A program made the position numbers and the translations under genes. From an uncultured Verrucomicrobiae bacterium (GTDB lineage Bacteria; Verrucomicrobiota; Verrucomicrobiia; Chthoniobacterales; Terrimicrobiaceae): a DNA stretch of 64,000 bases. The notes below the pieces were generated by a model. That model had not been told where the DNA came from, did not search any database, and saw only the letters and a list, made by a program, of their open reading frames with translations. Each line of letters opens with the position of its first letter. Position 1 is the first letter of the stretch. The DNA is taken from assembly GCA_963706955.1 (NCBI GenBank), contig CAVPOC010000002.1, positions 160,001 to 224,000 on the forward strand. Direction: 5' to 3'. Of the stretch, positions 53,336 through 63,293 are shown in pieces.

Positions 53336-53692
53336 GAGACTGTTGAAAAACTCACGTATGCCACGTTGCTGCCAATTTTCGGAAGATCGCAAGGAGCCAA
53401 GCGCAGGCTTGATGGGGTTGCGGGGACCCCATCTCCCCGCAAGCCGCAGTGCTACGGACAAGCTTGGCGACACCGCGAGGGCCAAAAATTAGCGCAACCC
53501 TGGTGGGAAGAAAGGGTCCCACCCCTTTCTGGGCGCGAACTCTTTGGGGCACCTTGGAAGGGTGAGGGGCCCCTTCCCCTCACGGGCGTCGCTCCTCAGT
53601 TACAGCCCCTTGAGGGGATGCTCCTTCGTCGCTTCACCGATATCTACCCCAAAGAGCTCGCGCGTGACATGCGTGAGTTCTTCAACAGTCTC
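53336..53692. mobile_element. MITE, long 357-bp variant (inverted relative to 2050-2321) with three extra cassettes
   Basis: Same 30-bp TIRs; CTAG at 53332-53335 and 53693-53696; extra segments at 53408-53441, 53501-53530, 53555-53584. Confidence 0.9.
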
Positions 53693-54520
53693 CTAGGAGG
53701 CCGAGGGGCTTGCTTGCTGCGTTTTGCGAATCGCTTCTTTGATGCGTTCGACCCGGTTGTCCGGGTCGGGGTGCGTGCTGAGAAACTCAGGCGGCGCGCG
53801 CCCGGCCGCGGCTTTCTTGAGCACTTCCATGACGCGAATGAGCGCATTCGGATCGTAGCCGGCTCGGATCATAAAGCGCACGCCCAATTGATCGGACTCG
53901 AGCTCGTCCCCGCGACCGTAAGCCGTGTTCTTTAACTGGCTGACGAATTGCGCAAGCTGGCCTGCGGTCATGCCATAGTCGGCTCCTCCGGCCATGACCA
54001 CGGCGTTCACCAACCCCTGACTAAGCTGAGCCTTGGCCATCTGCTCATTCGAGTGCCGCCCGACGACATGCCCGATCTCGTGTCCGAGGACGCCCGCCAC
54101 TTCGTCCTCGGTGTCCAGCAATTTCAGCAATCCAAAAGTGATGAATATCTGCCCGCCAGGAAGAGCAAAGGCGTTGACCGTCTCCGGGTCAGCCAGAAGG
54201 TGAAACTGGAAGTAGTAGGGGGTTTGATTGATCTCAGGACTGGCTTGAACGATTTTTTCTCCGACGCTTGTGACGAGATTTTGATAGCGTTCGTCCGGAT
54301 ACAAACCGCCATGCTGCCGAGCCATCTCGGGTGCAGAGTTCAGGCCGAGCGCTATCTCCTCCTTCGGGCTCAGGGCAACTCGCTGGACACGCCCGGTGAC
54401 AGGATTCTGGAACTTCTCGGTTCCGACGTAGTAGCTAATAATGGCGAAGAGGGCCAGCAGGATTCCGATGGTTAATCGACCCCCGCAACCTGGCTGACCT
54501 CTGGAGATTCGATATGCCAT
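53693..54520 (-). CDS. M48 family Zn metallopeptidase
   Basis: NAFALPGG, HEIGH, E.ESD..G, FLSTHP; stop codon lies in the MITE CTAG target site. Confidence 0.92.
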   Translation of the reverse strand: MAYRISRGQPGCGGRLTIGILLALFAIISYYVGTEKFQNPVTGRVQRVALSPKEEIALGLNSAPEMARQHGGLYPDERYQNLVTSVGEKIVQASPEINQTPYYFQFHLLADPETVNAFALPGGQIFITFGLLKLLDTEDEVAGVLGHEIGHVVGRHSNEQMAKAQLSQGLVNAVVMAGGADYGMTAGQLAQFVSQLKNTAYGRGDELESDQLGVRFMIRAGYDPNALIRVMEVLKKAAAGRAPPEFLSTHPDPDNRVERIKEAIRKTQQASPSAS

Positions 54521-54591
54521 AGTTCTGGAGAAAACGAGTAGCGCCGGGGATCTCTTGCTTCTCGCAGATTAAAGCACTTAGCAGAGAACCG

Positions 54592-55737
54592 CTAAAGGAT
54601 TTTTTCCAACAACGGCCGCAATACCTGTTGCGGTGAAAAGGTGGTGTCGGCTAATGACTGCGCCGCGCGCGAGTGAATGTCATACTCGTTCTCGATGGTA
54701 GAGATCGCCCGAGCACAATCCTCGACATCGTGGAAGATCAACATGCCGGGTGCAGGCGCCATCGCTTCCGTCCAACCGGTATCTTGGAAGACAACCGGTC
54801 TGCCGAGCGCCAAGTAAACGACGCTGCGGTCGCTCATCCAACCGGTCCGCGAGACGACATAGCCTTCCTTGGCGATGCCAATCTCACCGCGACTTTGCGC
54901 GATAAACCGCAAATACGACGAAACGGACCTGCAAACCTCAGACGCTCGAATGATTTGCCAGCCCGCTTCGCGAAAAGCGATGTAATCGTCCCAGCCAGGT
55001 GGCAAATCGGTCGCGATAACGCAGGGTTTCTCAAGATGTTGAGGAAGTAATCGCATCGACATCAGGCTTTCGCGCTTTCCGGCGTACCTTCGTCCGTTCC
55101 ATTCCATGTCATTGTAGCCATACCAGTGCGCCACCGTCGTCCAGGCGGATCCGCGGGAATCGTCCGGGAACGTGCCCAATTTTTGACGCCAAAAACTTGC
55201 CACGACGGGCGGCAGAACTGAAATCCACTCCCGCTCGAGCTTGGGAATAAGAGCCTCCGGCGAATTCATCGCTGTTCCCACCGTGAGAAACACATCGTGG
55301 CCATCCAGATTCATGTCGCTCCCAAAAACCTCGACCCACAGCTGCGTAAAAGCGGGATCGACATCGAGATAGGCCTTGACCGTCCGCGGTCCGAAGAGAT
55401 CGAGCGCCTTGAATTGCCCCGAGTAGTTGACGAAGAGATCGGCGCCCGAGGCAAATTCGCGAAAAGCTTCCGAGCTCGTCGACTGCCCGTCGATCAACAA
55501 GCATTCCCGCCCGTGAAAGTCGAATTCTTCGACAATAGCCCTCCAAAACTCCTCCTGCGGGCTGGCGAGACCGTCCGCGGCAGGGGGGCTTAGTTCAGCC
55601 GCGCCGATTGCGTCCACGATCCAAACTTCACACCCTAGCTCGCGCAGGCCGAGTGCCCAATGCATGATCGAGCAGACATGGCCTGCGGAGGCATCATGCC
55701 AACGGGCAAAAACAACACCTACCACAATTTTTGGCAT
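54592..55737 (-). CDS. Putative GT-B glycosyltransferase-like protein
   Basis: YLDVDPAFTQ, GWMSDRS..YLA.GRPVV.QD C-terminal pattern; ATG at 55737. Confidence 0.6.
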   Translation of the reverse strand: MPKIVVGVVFARWHDASAGHVCSIMHWALGLRELGCEVWIVDAIGAAELSPPAADGLASPQEEFWRAIVEEFDFHGRECLLIDGQSTSSEAFREFASGADLFVNYSGQFKALDLFGPRTVKAYLDVDPAFTQLWVEVFGSDMNLDGHDVFLTVGTAMNSPEALIPKLEREWISVLPPVVASFWRQKLGTFPDDSRGSAWTTVAHWYGYNDMEWNGRRYAGKRESLMSMRLLPQHLEKPCVIATDLPPGWDDYIAFREAGWQIIRASEVCRSVSSYLRFIAQSRGEIGIAKEGYVVSRTGWMSDRSVVYLALGRPVVFQDTGWTEAMAPAPGMLIFHDVEDCARAISTIENEYDIHSRAAQSLADTTFSPQQVLRPLLEKIL

Positions 55738-56044
55738 CCCATTCACCTCACTACCTTCTGCACAACACCAGCGATAGCGAAAGGAGAATTCCTGGTCAGA
55801 GATTGCCCTCGGATGGATCCGGGGGCGGGAGGGGCTCAGTGGCGAGCGTGTCCCTACGGTCGACGGAGCTCCCTGTGGAGGCTCACCTCGGAGCGCCCTG
55901 GCGGGAACACCGCCGCGACGACGCGAGCTGTCTGCCCGCACTGCAAGAAATCACACGCCGAGATCGGAGGAGTTGTCGGGACGCCTCTACAATCTTCAAA
56001 TTGATTTGCAGCGAGTTTTGTAAGCTAAGACGCCCGGATCTGAT

Positions 56045-56962
56045 CTAAGGATCGTGCTCTACGCGGAGCTGCCGAGGATGTTCCAACTCGATCTGCGGGA
56101 TGTTTCGGAAGAGCGTGACCGTTCCTTCAAGAACCACGAATTTGCCGGGCAGCTCCGACTTCAAGCCGCTCGGAAAACGCTCCAAAAAGCGATGGAGAAA
56201 CTTTTCCCGCACAATGCCGACGAAACCGTTGCGGTCAGGGTTGCCGCTGAAGTTGATGAATGTCATGCGACCGGAAAGCCTCCCGACACGGGATACGCGC
56301 CCACGAACTTTGAGATACCTGCCGGCGTTCGTAAGGAGCCTTTCGTGATCGGTTGCCTCGACGATTGCGGCGACAGGGTCGGTCATCCTGGAGCTCGCGA
56401 TTCCCCAAGCTCCACGCTTCTTTCCCCTCGCCTCTCGCTCAACCATTCTGAGATGGGCGGAGAACTCGCTGGTCCTTCTTCCATCCGGATGATCAGAGAC
56501 CGCTTTCGCACCATGCCGTATGATCGCTAATCCCTCAGCAACCAGGAGGGTCGAGAGATCGTCACCATTTGCCGTCTGGACGAAAGCGCGGATGGCCGGA
56601 TTGCCGCTATCGACATCGACTGGCTGCCACCGCGTATAAACGACGAAAGGGTCACGCAGCTGGGCCCTTGTAAAGGCGCTCGCCATATAGGCCGCTCTCA
56701 GCCCCGCAGTCTCTGCTGTTTCCTCCAGCCCAAAATAGCGCGACTGTGCGGCCCGGCGAGCGCGCGAGTCGGGATTGCGTTCTACACAGTCGACGAAGTA
56801 TAGCCGGAAGATGTAGCGCTTGCCGTCTCGCAAAATCTCGATGCTGTCGCCATCGCTGTGTGAGCCCTCGTGAAACTCGCAGTCGGTCAGTTTCTCCCAG
56901 CCACGAGCAAACAATGGGGAAACGACGAGTGCCCAGACGAGCGCAAAGGCCAGTCGCCGCAT
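56045..56962 (-). CDS. Secreted thermonuclease (SNase-like) with C-terminal OB-fold domain
   Basis: Signal peptide; DGDSI, RLYFVD..E, LVAEGLA, AR..KRGAW. Confidence 0.75.
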   Translation of the reverse strand: MRRLAFALVWALVVSPLFARGWEKLTDCEFHEGSHSDGDSIEILRDGKRYIFRLYFVDCVERNPDSRARRAAQSRYFGLEETAETAGLRAAYMASAFTRAQLRDPFVVYTRWQPVDVDSGNPAIRAFVQTANGDDLSTLLVAEGLAIIRHGAKAVSDHPDGRRTSEFSAHLRMVEREARGKKRGAWGIASSRMTDPVAAIVEATDHERLLTNAGRYLKVRGRVSRVGRLSGRMTFINFSGNPDRNGFVGIVREKFLHRFLERFPSGLKSELPGKFVVLEGTVTLFRNIPQIELEHPRQLRVEHDP

Positions 56963-56963
56963 C

Positions 56964-57725
56964 TTAAATGCCAGGGCTCGAGAGCGAGAGTTCGACAGCT
57001 CTAGGCCAGATCTCGCTGATATTTCCCTCGCGCCGAATCGTAACCTCCGGCAAGCCATCGTGCTCCGTAGGGCCGTTGTTGATGATCGCGTAGGGAACGC
57101 CGCGCCGCGCCGCAGTAAGTGGAACCGCTGCGGCCGGATAGACGGAAAGAGTTGAACCAAGCGCAACCACCGCGTCACAACTCATCGCCGCGATTTCCGC
57201 GGCCGCCAAAGTCTTCGAGTCAAGGTCCTGTCCAAAACTGATGGTTGCGGACTTAAGCCATCCCGCACAATGCGGACATCGCGGAGGCCGTGTCGTCGCC
57301 GCAAAGGAATCAAAGAGGGGCTGCGGCTCAAAACGCCTCTTGCAGGTAAGGCATTCAATCCACCGATTTGTCCCATGTAGTTCGATGACGAGCTCTTCCG
57401 AAAGCCCTGCCTTTTGATGCAGCCCGTCAATATTCTGGGTAACGACGGCCAGCAGTTTTCCAGTCTTCTGGAGGTTCACGATGGCGCGGTGCGCGACATT
57501 TGGTTCCGCGTCCCGCATCGAAGGCCATGACTCGAGTTTGTAATCCCAGTATTCGACGCGAGCCTCCTCTGAGGTGAGGAACTCGGAATAATAGACCGGC
57601 CGCCGCGTCTTCCAAATTCCCTGGGGCCCGCGAAAATCCGGAATCCCGCTGCTCGTCGAGATCCCGGCACCCGTAAAAACTAAAAGGCGCTCCGCACGAT
57701 TCAGCAAGGCGGCGAGGTCATCCAT
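56964..57725 (-). CDS. NAD-dependent protein deacylase, Sir2/CobB family
   Basis: TGAGISTSSGIPDFRG, TQNIDGLH, ELHG, two CxxC, GSTLSVYPAA. Confidence 0.93.
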   Translation of the reverse strand: MDDLAALLNRAERLLVFTGAGISTSSGIPDFRGPQGIWKTRRPVYYSEFLTSEEARVEYWDYKLESWPSMRDAEPNVAHRAIVNLQKTGKLLAVVTQNIDGLHQKAGLSEELVIELHGTNRWIECLTCKRRFEPQPLFDSFAATTRPPRCPHCAGWLKSATISFGQDLDSKTLAAAEIAAMSCDAVVALGSTLSVYPAAAVPLTAARRGVPYAIINNGPTEHDGLPEVTIRREGNISEIWPRAVELSLSSPGI

Positions 57726-57825
57726 GGGCTTCGACCGAAGATCAGTGGATTTTCCGTCGTCTCGACATCAAAGAAGAGGCGACGAACAAAATCAGAAACG
57801 ACATGGTCCGAGCGGACGAGTTCTC

Positions 57826-57851
57826 GGGGCGTTTGTGTCACGCGCCTCTAC
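57826..57851 (-). repeat. Single degenerate GTAG REP related to the 204-264 family
   Basis: Reverse complement GTAGAGGCGCGTGACACAAACGCCCC. Confidence 0.5.
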
Positions 57852-57992
57852 CAATTTTTGGATTCATGGTAGCCGCTATGTGATTGCGTAGGGTGCCGCA
57901 AAAAGGGTCGCTTGGAGGTGGCCAGCGGCTCGTCCACGCCTGTTTCATGAATCCACCGTTCACGAGGGGAGCGCCGCTGCGATCGATTCTGG

Positions 57993-59246
57993 TCAGAACA
58001 GCATCAAGGCAGGGTTCTCAATCAATTTGCGGAGGGTTCCGAGATATTCGGCTCCGACGGCTCCGTCGACGACGCGGTGATCGCAGCTCAGCGAAACGCT
58101 CATGCGCTCTCCGACGACAATCTCGCCTTTGGCATTGACGACTGGCTTTTTCACGATCGCTCCGACCGCCAATATCGCTGCTTGGGGAGGATTGATAATG
58201 GCGAAGAACTGCTCGATGCCATAGGCACCTAAAGTCGAGAGGGTGATGGTGCCACCTGCATATTCTTCGGGTTTAAGTTTCTTATCTCGTGCGCGCTTGG
58301 CGAGGTCCTTGACGGTTGCGCTGATCTCCTTAAGCGAGAGCTTGTCAGCGTTTCTGATCACCGGCGTGACCAATCCTTCATCGACAGCGACGGCGACGGA
58401 AATGTTCACACTGCCATACTGGATGATGGCATCTCCCGCCCAGGAAGCATTGATGTAGGGATGCGAGCTGGCCGCCCGGGCAACGGCGAGCAAGACAAAG
58501 TCATTGACCGTCAGCTTGGGCAACCCGGCTGCTTCGTTCGCGCTGTTGAGTTCTTTGCGCAGGCGCATTAACGAGCCCGCATCAACTTCGATCGAAAGAT
58601 AGAAGTGGGGAAACTGTGTCTTGCTCTCCAGCAGGCGCTGGGCGATGACTCGCCGCATGCCCGTGAGCGGGACACGCTTGTCACCCTCGCCCGCGGCAGC
58701 CTGGATCTTCGGAGCGGCCGCTGGCGCAGCAGATGCCGGAGCGGCAGCGGCCGGAGCCGCGCCCTCCGCGGGGATGTCCTTGGCAACAATGCGCCCGCCT
58801 GGCCCGGAACCCTGGATCCCGTCAAGACCGACTCCACGCTCGGCCGCGATTTTCTTCGCGAGCGGCGAAGCCTTTACACGCTCTCCGCTCGGGGCGGCCG
58901 GTGCGGGCGCCGCCGCGGATAGCGGAGCGGCTTTGCTCTCCGCGGGTTGTGCAGTCGGGGCCGCCTCCGCCTTGGCAGCCGGTGCCGCCTCTGCGCCATC
59001 GGGCGATTCCCCCTCGGCCAGGACCAACGCGATCTTCTCTCCGACTTTGGCGACGCCTCCATCGGGCACATAGATCTCTTTGAGAACGCCATCATCAAAC
59101 GCCTCCATTTCCATCGTCGCCTTGTCGGTTTCGACCTCGGCGAGGATGTCCCCAGTCTCTATGGTGTCACCCTGTTTCTTTTTCCAACGCGCGATGGTTC
59201 CTTCGACCATCGTGTCGCTCAGCTTGGGCATGGTGATGATAGGCAT
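57993..59246 (-). CDS. pdhC: Pyruvate dehydrogenase E2, dihydrolipoamide acetyltransferase
   Basis: Lipoyl domain ETDKATM, ASPLAKK E3-binding domain, DHRVVDG. Confidence 0.95.
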   Translation of the reverse strand: MPIITMPKLSDTMVEGTIARWKKKQGDTIETGDILAEVETDKATMEMEAFDDGVLKEIYVPDGGVAKVGEKIALVLAEGESPDGAEAAPAAKAEAAPTAQPAESKAAPLSAAAPAPAAPSGERVKASPLAKKIAAERGVGLDGIQGSGPGGRIVAKDIPAEGAAPAAAAPASAAPAAAPKIQAAAGEGDKRVPLTGMRRVIAQRLLESKTQFPHFYLSIEVDAGSLMRLRKELNSANEAAGLPKLTVNDFVLLAVARAASSHPYINASWAGDAIIQYGSVNISVAVAVDEGLVTPVIRNADKLSLKEISATVKDLAKRARDKKLKPEEYAGGTITLSTLGAYGIEQFFAIINPPQAAILAVGAIVKKPVVNAKGEIVVGERMSVSLSCDHRVVDGAVGAEYLGTLRKLIENPALMLF

Positions 59247-59272
59247 ACGATTTTGAGGGGTTCAGACTACGA

Positions 59273-60247
59273 TCAGCAAACCTCGAGCACTTTCGAGACA
59301 ACCCTTTGTGGGGTGGGCAGCTGGAGGGGTTCCACCGCCGGGGAATAGATCGCCGGGGCGTCGAGCGATCCTACGCGCCGCACCGGAGCATCGAGTTCGT
59401 CGAAGGCGTTCTCCATGATGATGGTGGAAATTTGGGAAGAGACGCCGCAAAAGGCCTTGTTTTCATCCACCAAGACGGCGCGATGAGTCTTCCGCACGGA
59501 ATTGAGAACGGCATCCTGATCGAGCGGACGGATCGAGCGCAAATCAACTACTTCCGCGTTGATCTTGTGCTCAGCCTCGAGGATTTCGGCGGCCTTCAGG
59601 GCAATGAGAGCTGACCGCCCGTGCGCGATCAAAGAAATATCGGTGCCCTCACGCTTCACATCCGCGACGCCCAGCGGAATCAAGTATTCTTCCTCGGGCA
59701 CCTCGCCCCGCTCGCCATAAAGAAGTGTGTTCTCCATAAACATGACCGGATCGTTGTCCCGAATGGAGGATTTCATCAGCCCCTTGGCGTCGTAAGCTGT
59801 CGCCGGACAAACGACCTTGAGCCCTGGAATAGCTGCGAACCAATTCTCCGGCGTGTGCGAGTGAGTGGCTCCCACGTTTGTGCCGCCGTTAGCCGGACCG
59901 CGAATGACGATCGGACAATTGATCAACCCGCCGCTCATATACCGAATCTGGCCAGCGTTGTTGACGATCTGGTCGTAGGCGACGGTCGCAAAACTCCAAA
60001 ACATGATCTCGATCACGGGCCGCAGGCCAAGCATCGAAGCTCCAACTCCCATGCCGATGAACGCTGCTTCGCTGATCGGGGTATCCACGACACGTTTGTC
60101 CCCGAATCGTTTCCACAGTCCGCGCGTCACCTTGTAAGCGCCATCATACTGCGCCACCTCCTCGCCGATGAGAACGACATTGGGATCGCGTTCGATTTCC
60201 TCGGCAAATGCCTGGTTGAGCGCGTCGCGATATTCGATAAGGGCCAT
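59273..60247 (-). CDS. pdhB: Pyruvate dehydrogenase E1 beta
   Basis: GEEVAQYDGAYKVT, DTPISE, HS, DLRSIRPLD. Confidence 0.94.
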   Translation of the reverse strand: MALIEYRDALNQAFAEEIERDPNVVLIGEEVAQYDGAYKVTRGLWKRFGDKRVVDTPISEAAFIGMGVGASMLGLRPVIEIMFWSFATVAYDQIVNNAGQIRYMSGGLINCPIVIRGPANGGTNVGATHSHTPENWFAAIPGLKVVCPATAYDAKGLMKSSIRDNDPVMFMENTLLYGERGEVPEEEYLIPLGVADVKREGTDISLIAHGRSALIALKAAEILEAEHKINAEVVDLRSIRPLDQDAVLNSVRKTHRAVLVDENKAFCGVSSQISTIIMENAFDELDAPVRRVGSLDAPAIYSPAVEPLQLPTPQRVVSKVLEVC

Positions 60248-60295
60248 AATTCGAAGAAATGCTGAATTTTTGGGGGGTGAGCTCGACCGGCAAGC

Positions 60296-61381
60296 CTAGT
60301 CGTTGAAAAAGTGTCTTCCGGTTCGACCTGCTTCGGTCTGGTGATCGACCTCGTAGTAAACGTCTTCAAACACGCTCTCGACCGACGGCGGCTCGCTTTT
60401 GTCGGCAAATTGCGCAGCCGCATTAGCTTCGGCCTTTAACGTGGCGTCGATCGCCTCGTACTGCTCCTCGTTGATAACCTTTTCCGCTACCAGCCTGTTT
60501 TTGAAAATCCGAATCGGGTCGTGCTCGTTCTTGTATTTTTCGATTTCCTCCTCCTTGCGATAGCCGCCCTTGTGCTTCGCGTCCGCAACCGAATGGCCAT
60601 AGTAGCGGTAGGTATCGAATTCGATAACTGTTGGCCGAGACTCGTTATGCGCACGTTCCAGGGCGGTCTGCGTCACCGCGCGAACCTGATAGACGTCCTC
60701 ACCATCGGCCTGTTCCCACTCAATACCGAAAGCCTCCGCGCGCTGGGCAAGACATTTGTCGACGACAGAAGAACGATCCTGGCTCGTGCCCATCGAATAC
60801 TTGTTGTTCTCGATGATGTAAATGACCGGCAGGTCGAAAAGAGATGCCATATTGAGGCATTCGTAAAAACAGCCTTGATTCACCGCGCCGTCGCCCAGGA
60901 AACACAATGAGGCGCCTTTCAGGCCCTTATACTTGATCCCGTAGGCAAGACCGAGCCCGAGCGGGGTCTGTCCTCCAACGATGCCGTGGCCGCCCCAGTA
61001 ATTTTTGTCCGGCGCGAAGAAGTGCATCGATCCTCCCTTACCCTTGGAGCAGCCGGTCGCCTTTCCATAAAGCTCGGCCATGCATTCGTTCATCCCCATT
61101 CCAGAGGCCAAGGCATGACCATGGCCACGGTAAGCCGTGATCACGTGGTCATCGTCGCCCAGCAGCGAGACCGTTCCCACGGCAATGGACTCTTGTCCGA
61201 TGTAGAGGTGGAGAAATCCACCCATCTTGCCTTGGCTGTAGAACTTGAGCGACGTCTGCTCAAAGCGCCGGATACGAACCATCTCGTGAAGGAGGGAGAT
61301 CTTTTCTTCCGCGCTAAGTCCGGAATTTACAGGAGCTTTCGCGTAATCGGCGGGAGTGGATACGGCTGCGGTGTCTGTCAT
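60296..61381 (-). CDS. pdhA: Pyruvate dehydrogenase E1 alpha
   Basis: GFLHLYIGQE, GKGGSMH, GDGA..QG...ENN TPP motif, YRYYGHS. Confidence 0.95.
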   Translation of the reverse strand: MTDTAAVSTPADYAKAPVNSGLSAEEKISLLHEMVRIRRFEQTSLKFYSQGKMGGFLHLYIGQESIAVGTVSLLGDDDHVITAYRGHGHALASGMGMNECMAELYGKATGCSKGKGGSMHFFAPDKNYWGGHGIVGGQTPLGLGLAYGIKYKGLKGASLCFLGDGAVNQGCFYECLNMASLFDLPVIYIIENNKYSMGTSQDRSSVVDKCLAQRAEAFGIEWEQADGEDVYQVRAVTQTALERAHNESRPTVIEFDTYRYYGHSVADAKHKGGYRKEEEIEKYKNEHDPIRIFKNRLVAEKVINEEQYEAIDATLKAEANAAAQFADKSEPPSVESVFEDVYYEVDHQTEAGRTGRHFFND

Positions 61382-61552
61382 TTCTTACAATAGTGGTTTG
61401 GAATTGCGCCTCCGCTCCCGCGAACCTTCGGGCCCCTCCTAGCGTCAAGACCAACTATCATTTGCTGAGCGCTTGATTTTGACAACTCGGAAATGGCGGG
61501 ATTTTCTTTTCAAAGAGGCGTTCTTCGCTTGGGATATCGCTTCGTGAGACTG

Positions 61553-62242
61553 ATGAGGATCTTTCCGCTTGCCATCCTAGCCGCGTTTTTCGGCCTGGGC
61601 GGGTGCGCCATCGTCGAAGACATCAAGAAAAGTCAGGCCGAAGCCCGCGAAGAACGCGAGCGGGCCGAGCTGCGCAAGCTCGCGTTGGCAGAGCACGCGG
61701 TCTTTCGCGAGGCCGGCGGATGGAAAAAGAGGACCTACCGCAATCAGGCACTTCTTTCCCAAGCCACCACCGACAACGTGTCACTGGAGATTTCCCTTTC
61801 CGAACAGCGCGGTATTCTCCTGGTTCGCACCGCTATTGCCATGGATTTTCCGGTAGCGACCGGCCGCAAGTCGCATCCCACTCCGGCCGGTGATTTTGCG
61901 ATTCGTGCCAAAGAAAAGGACTACGCATCAAACCTTTACGGAAAGATCTATGACGCCATGAACGTCCTCGTTGTCAGTGACGCTGATGTCCGCAGCGACA
62001 TAGTTCCAGAGGGTGGTCACTTCGAAGGGGCGACCATGCCCTATTGGATGCGGCTGACGGATTCAGGGGTCGGTATGCACGTAGGTTACGTCCCAGGGCG
62101 TCCTGCTTCACACGGCTGCATCCGATTGAAGCGTGACTCTGCTACAGAAATCTTTGGGCTCGTGAAGGTTGGAACGCCGGTTGTGATTGCCGAGAGCGCA
62201 CCAAGCCTGACCCCTGAGCCGAAATCGGGCTCAACCATGTAG
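61553..62242 (+). CDS. L,D-transpeptidase (YkuD family) lipoprotein
   Basis: Lipobox LGGC; VATG...TP.G, GMHVG...ASHGCIRL. Confidence 0.88.
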   Translation: MRIFPLAILAAFFGLGGCAIVEDIKKSQAEAREERERAELRKLALAEHAVFREAGGWKKRTYRNQALLSQATTDNVSLEISLSEQRGILLVRTAIAMDFPVATGRKSHPTPAGDFAIRAKEKDYASNLYGKIYDAMNVLVVSDADVRSDIVPEGGHFEGATMPYWMRLTDSGVGMHVGYVPGRPASHGCIRLKRDSATEIFGLVKVGTPVVIAESAPSLTPEPKSGSTM

Positions 62243-63281
62243 ACCAAACTCGAGCTGCTCGCCGCAAGGATTTCGAAATTTCCGCGATCGACAGCGACAT
62301 CGGCTCCTTTTCGAACCCCTCGCGGGCCACGGCCACTTCGAAAAGACGCTGGATTGCCTCTGCCTCGGAGCCCTCGCCGCGCATCCGAGTTCCGAACCGC
62401 GGATCATTAAGCGCGCCACGGCGAGTGGCTCGGATTCGATCCAGGATCTTGTTCCGCGCACCGGGAAGGTGTGTCGCGAGCCAGTCTGAGAAAATCTCCT
62501 TGACGCCGTATGGTAGCCTAAGTAGCACGTATCCAGCCTCTTGCGCCCCGGCAGCGCGCGCCGCAGAAAGAATCGCTGGAATCTCATGATCGTTGAGGCC
62601 GGGAATCACAGGCGCGATGAGTACCCGAACCGGGATGTTCGCGGCGCTCAATTGCTCTATCGCTTGCAACCGGTGCCGAGGAAGGGACGCCCTGGGCTCC
62701 AGCCGCCGCGCGAGCTCTGCGTTCAACGTCGTAATCGAAAGGTTGACATTAGCCGCCCTCACCAAAGCGAGCTTTTCCAGGATGTCTAAGTCTCGAGTCA
62801 CCAGATGATTCTTCGTTACGATCGCCACTGGATTTCGAAACTCAGCCAGGACTTCCAGGCATCGCCGCGTGATCTGCAGCTTGCGTTCGATCGGCTGGTA
62901 ACAATCTGTCACTCCGCTCATGGCCAGAACCTGTGGCTGCCACTTGGGCGAGGAGAGCTCGCGGCGCAGGAGCTCTGGCGCAGATAGTTTGACCATGATG
63001 CGCGTCTCAAAATCAAGGCCCGCCGAAAAACCAAGATACTCGTGGTAGGGACGAGCATAGCAGTAGGCGCAGCCGTGCTCACAGCCTCGATAGGGGTTCA
63101 GGCTAGCCCTAAATCCAATATCCGGACTATCCGAGTAGCTGATCAATGTCTGCGTGTCGTCGCGCAAAAATTGCGTTTGCGGGTTGCGCGCCTCGTCAGC
63201 AAACTCATCGTCGAACTCGACCGTCAGTCGCTCAAAACGGTTGCGCGGGTTGCTGATTGCACCACGCTTCGGCAAGTTCAC
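62231..63281 (-). CDS. PA0069-family radical SAM protein; +1 frameshift near the 3' end (~62281)
   Basis: NPYRGCEHGCAYCYARP, TDCYQP, LEPRA; the corrected frame ends KFRNPCGEQLEFGLHG*. Confidence 0.9.
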
Positions 63282-63293
63282 TGCCCGACAGCC

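Noticed and set aside
55780..56000. Possible ncRNA upstream of the GT-like gene
   Set aside because: Only fragmentary GTAG-REP-like ends (CCCTAC, CCTCTAC); no coherent structure or known motif seen.
56045..57725. Sir2 plus nuclease as an anti-phage defence pair
   Set aside because: The Sir2 is a canonical Zn-binding CobB-type deacylase, not a SIR2_2 NADase, and the nuclease carries a signal peptide; there is no defence-island context.
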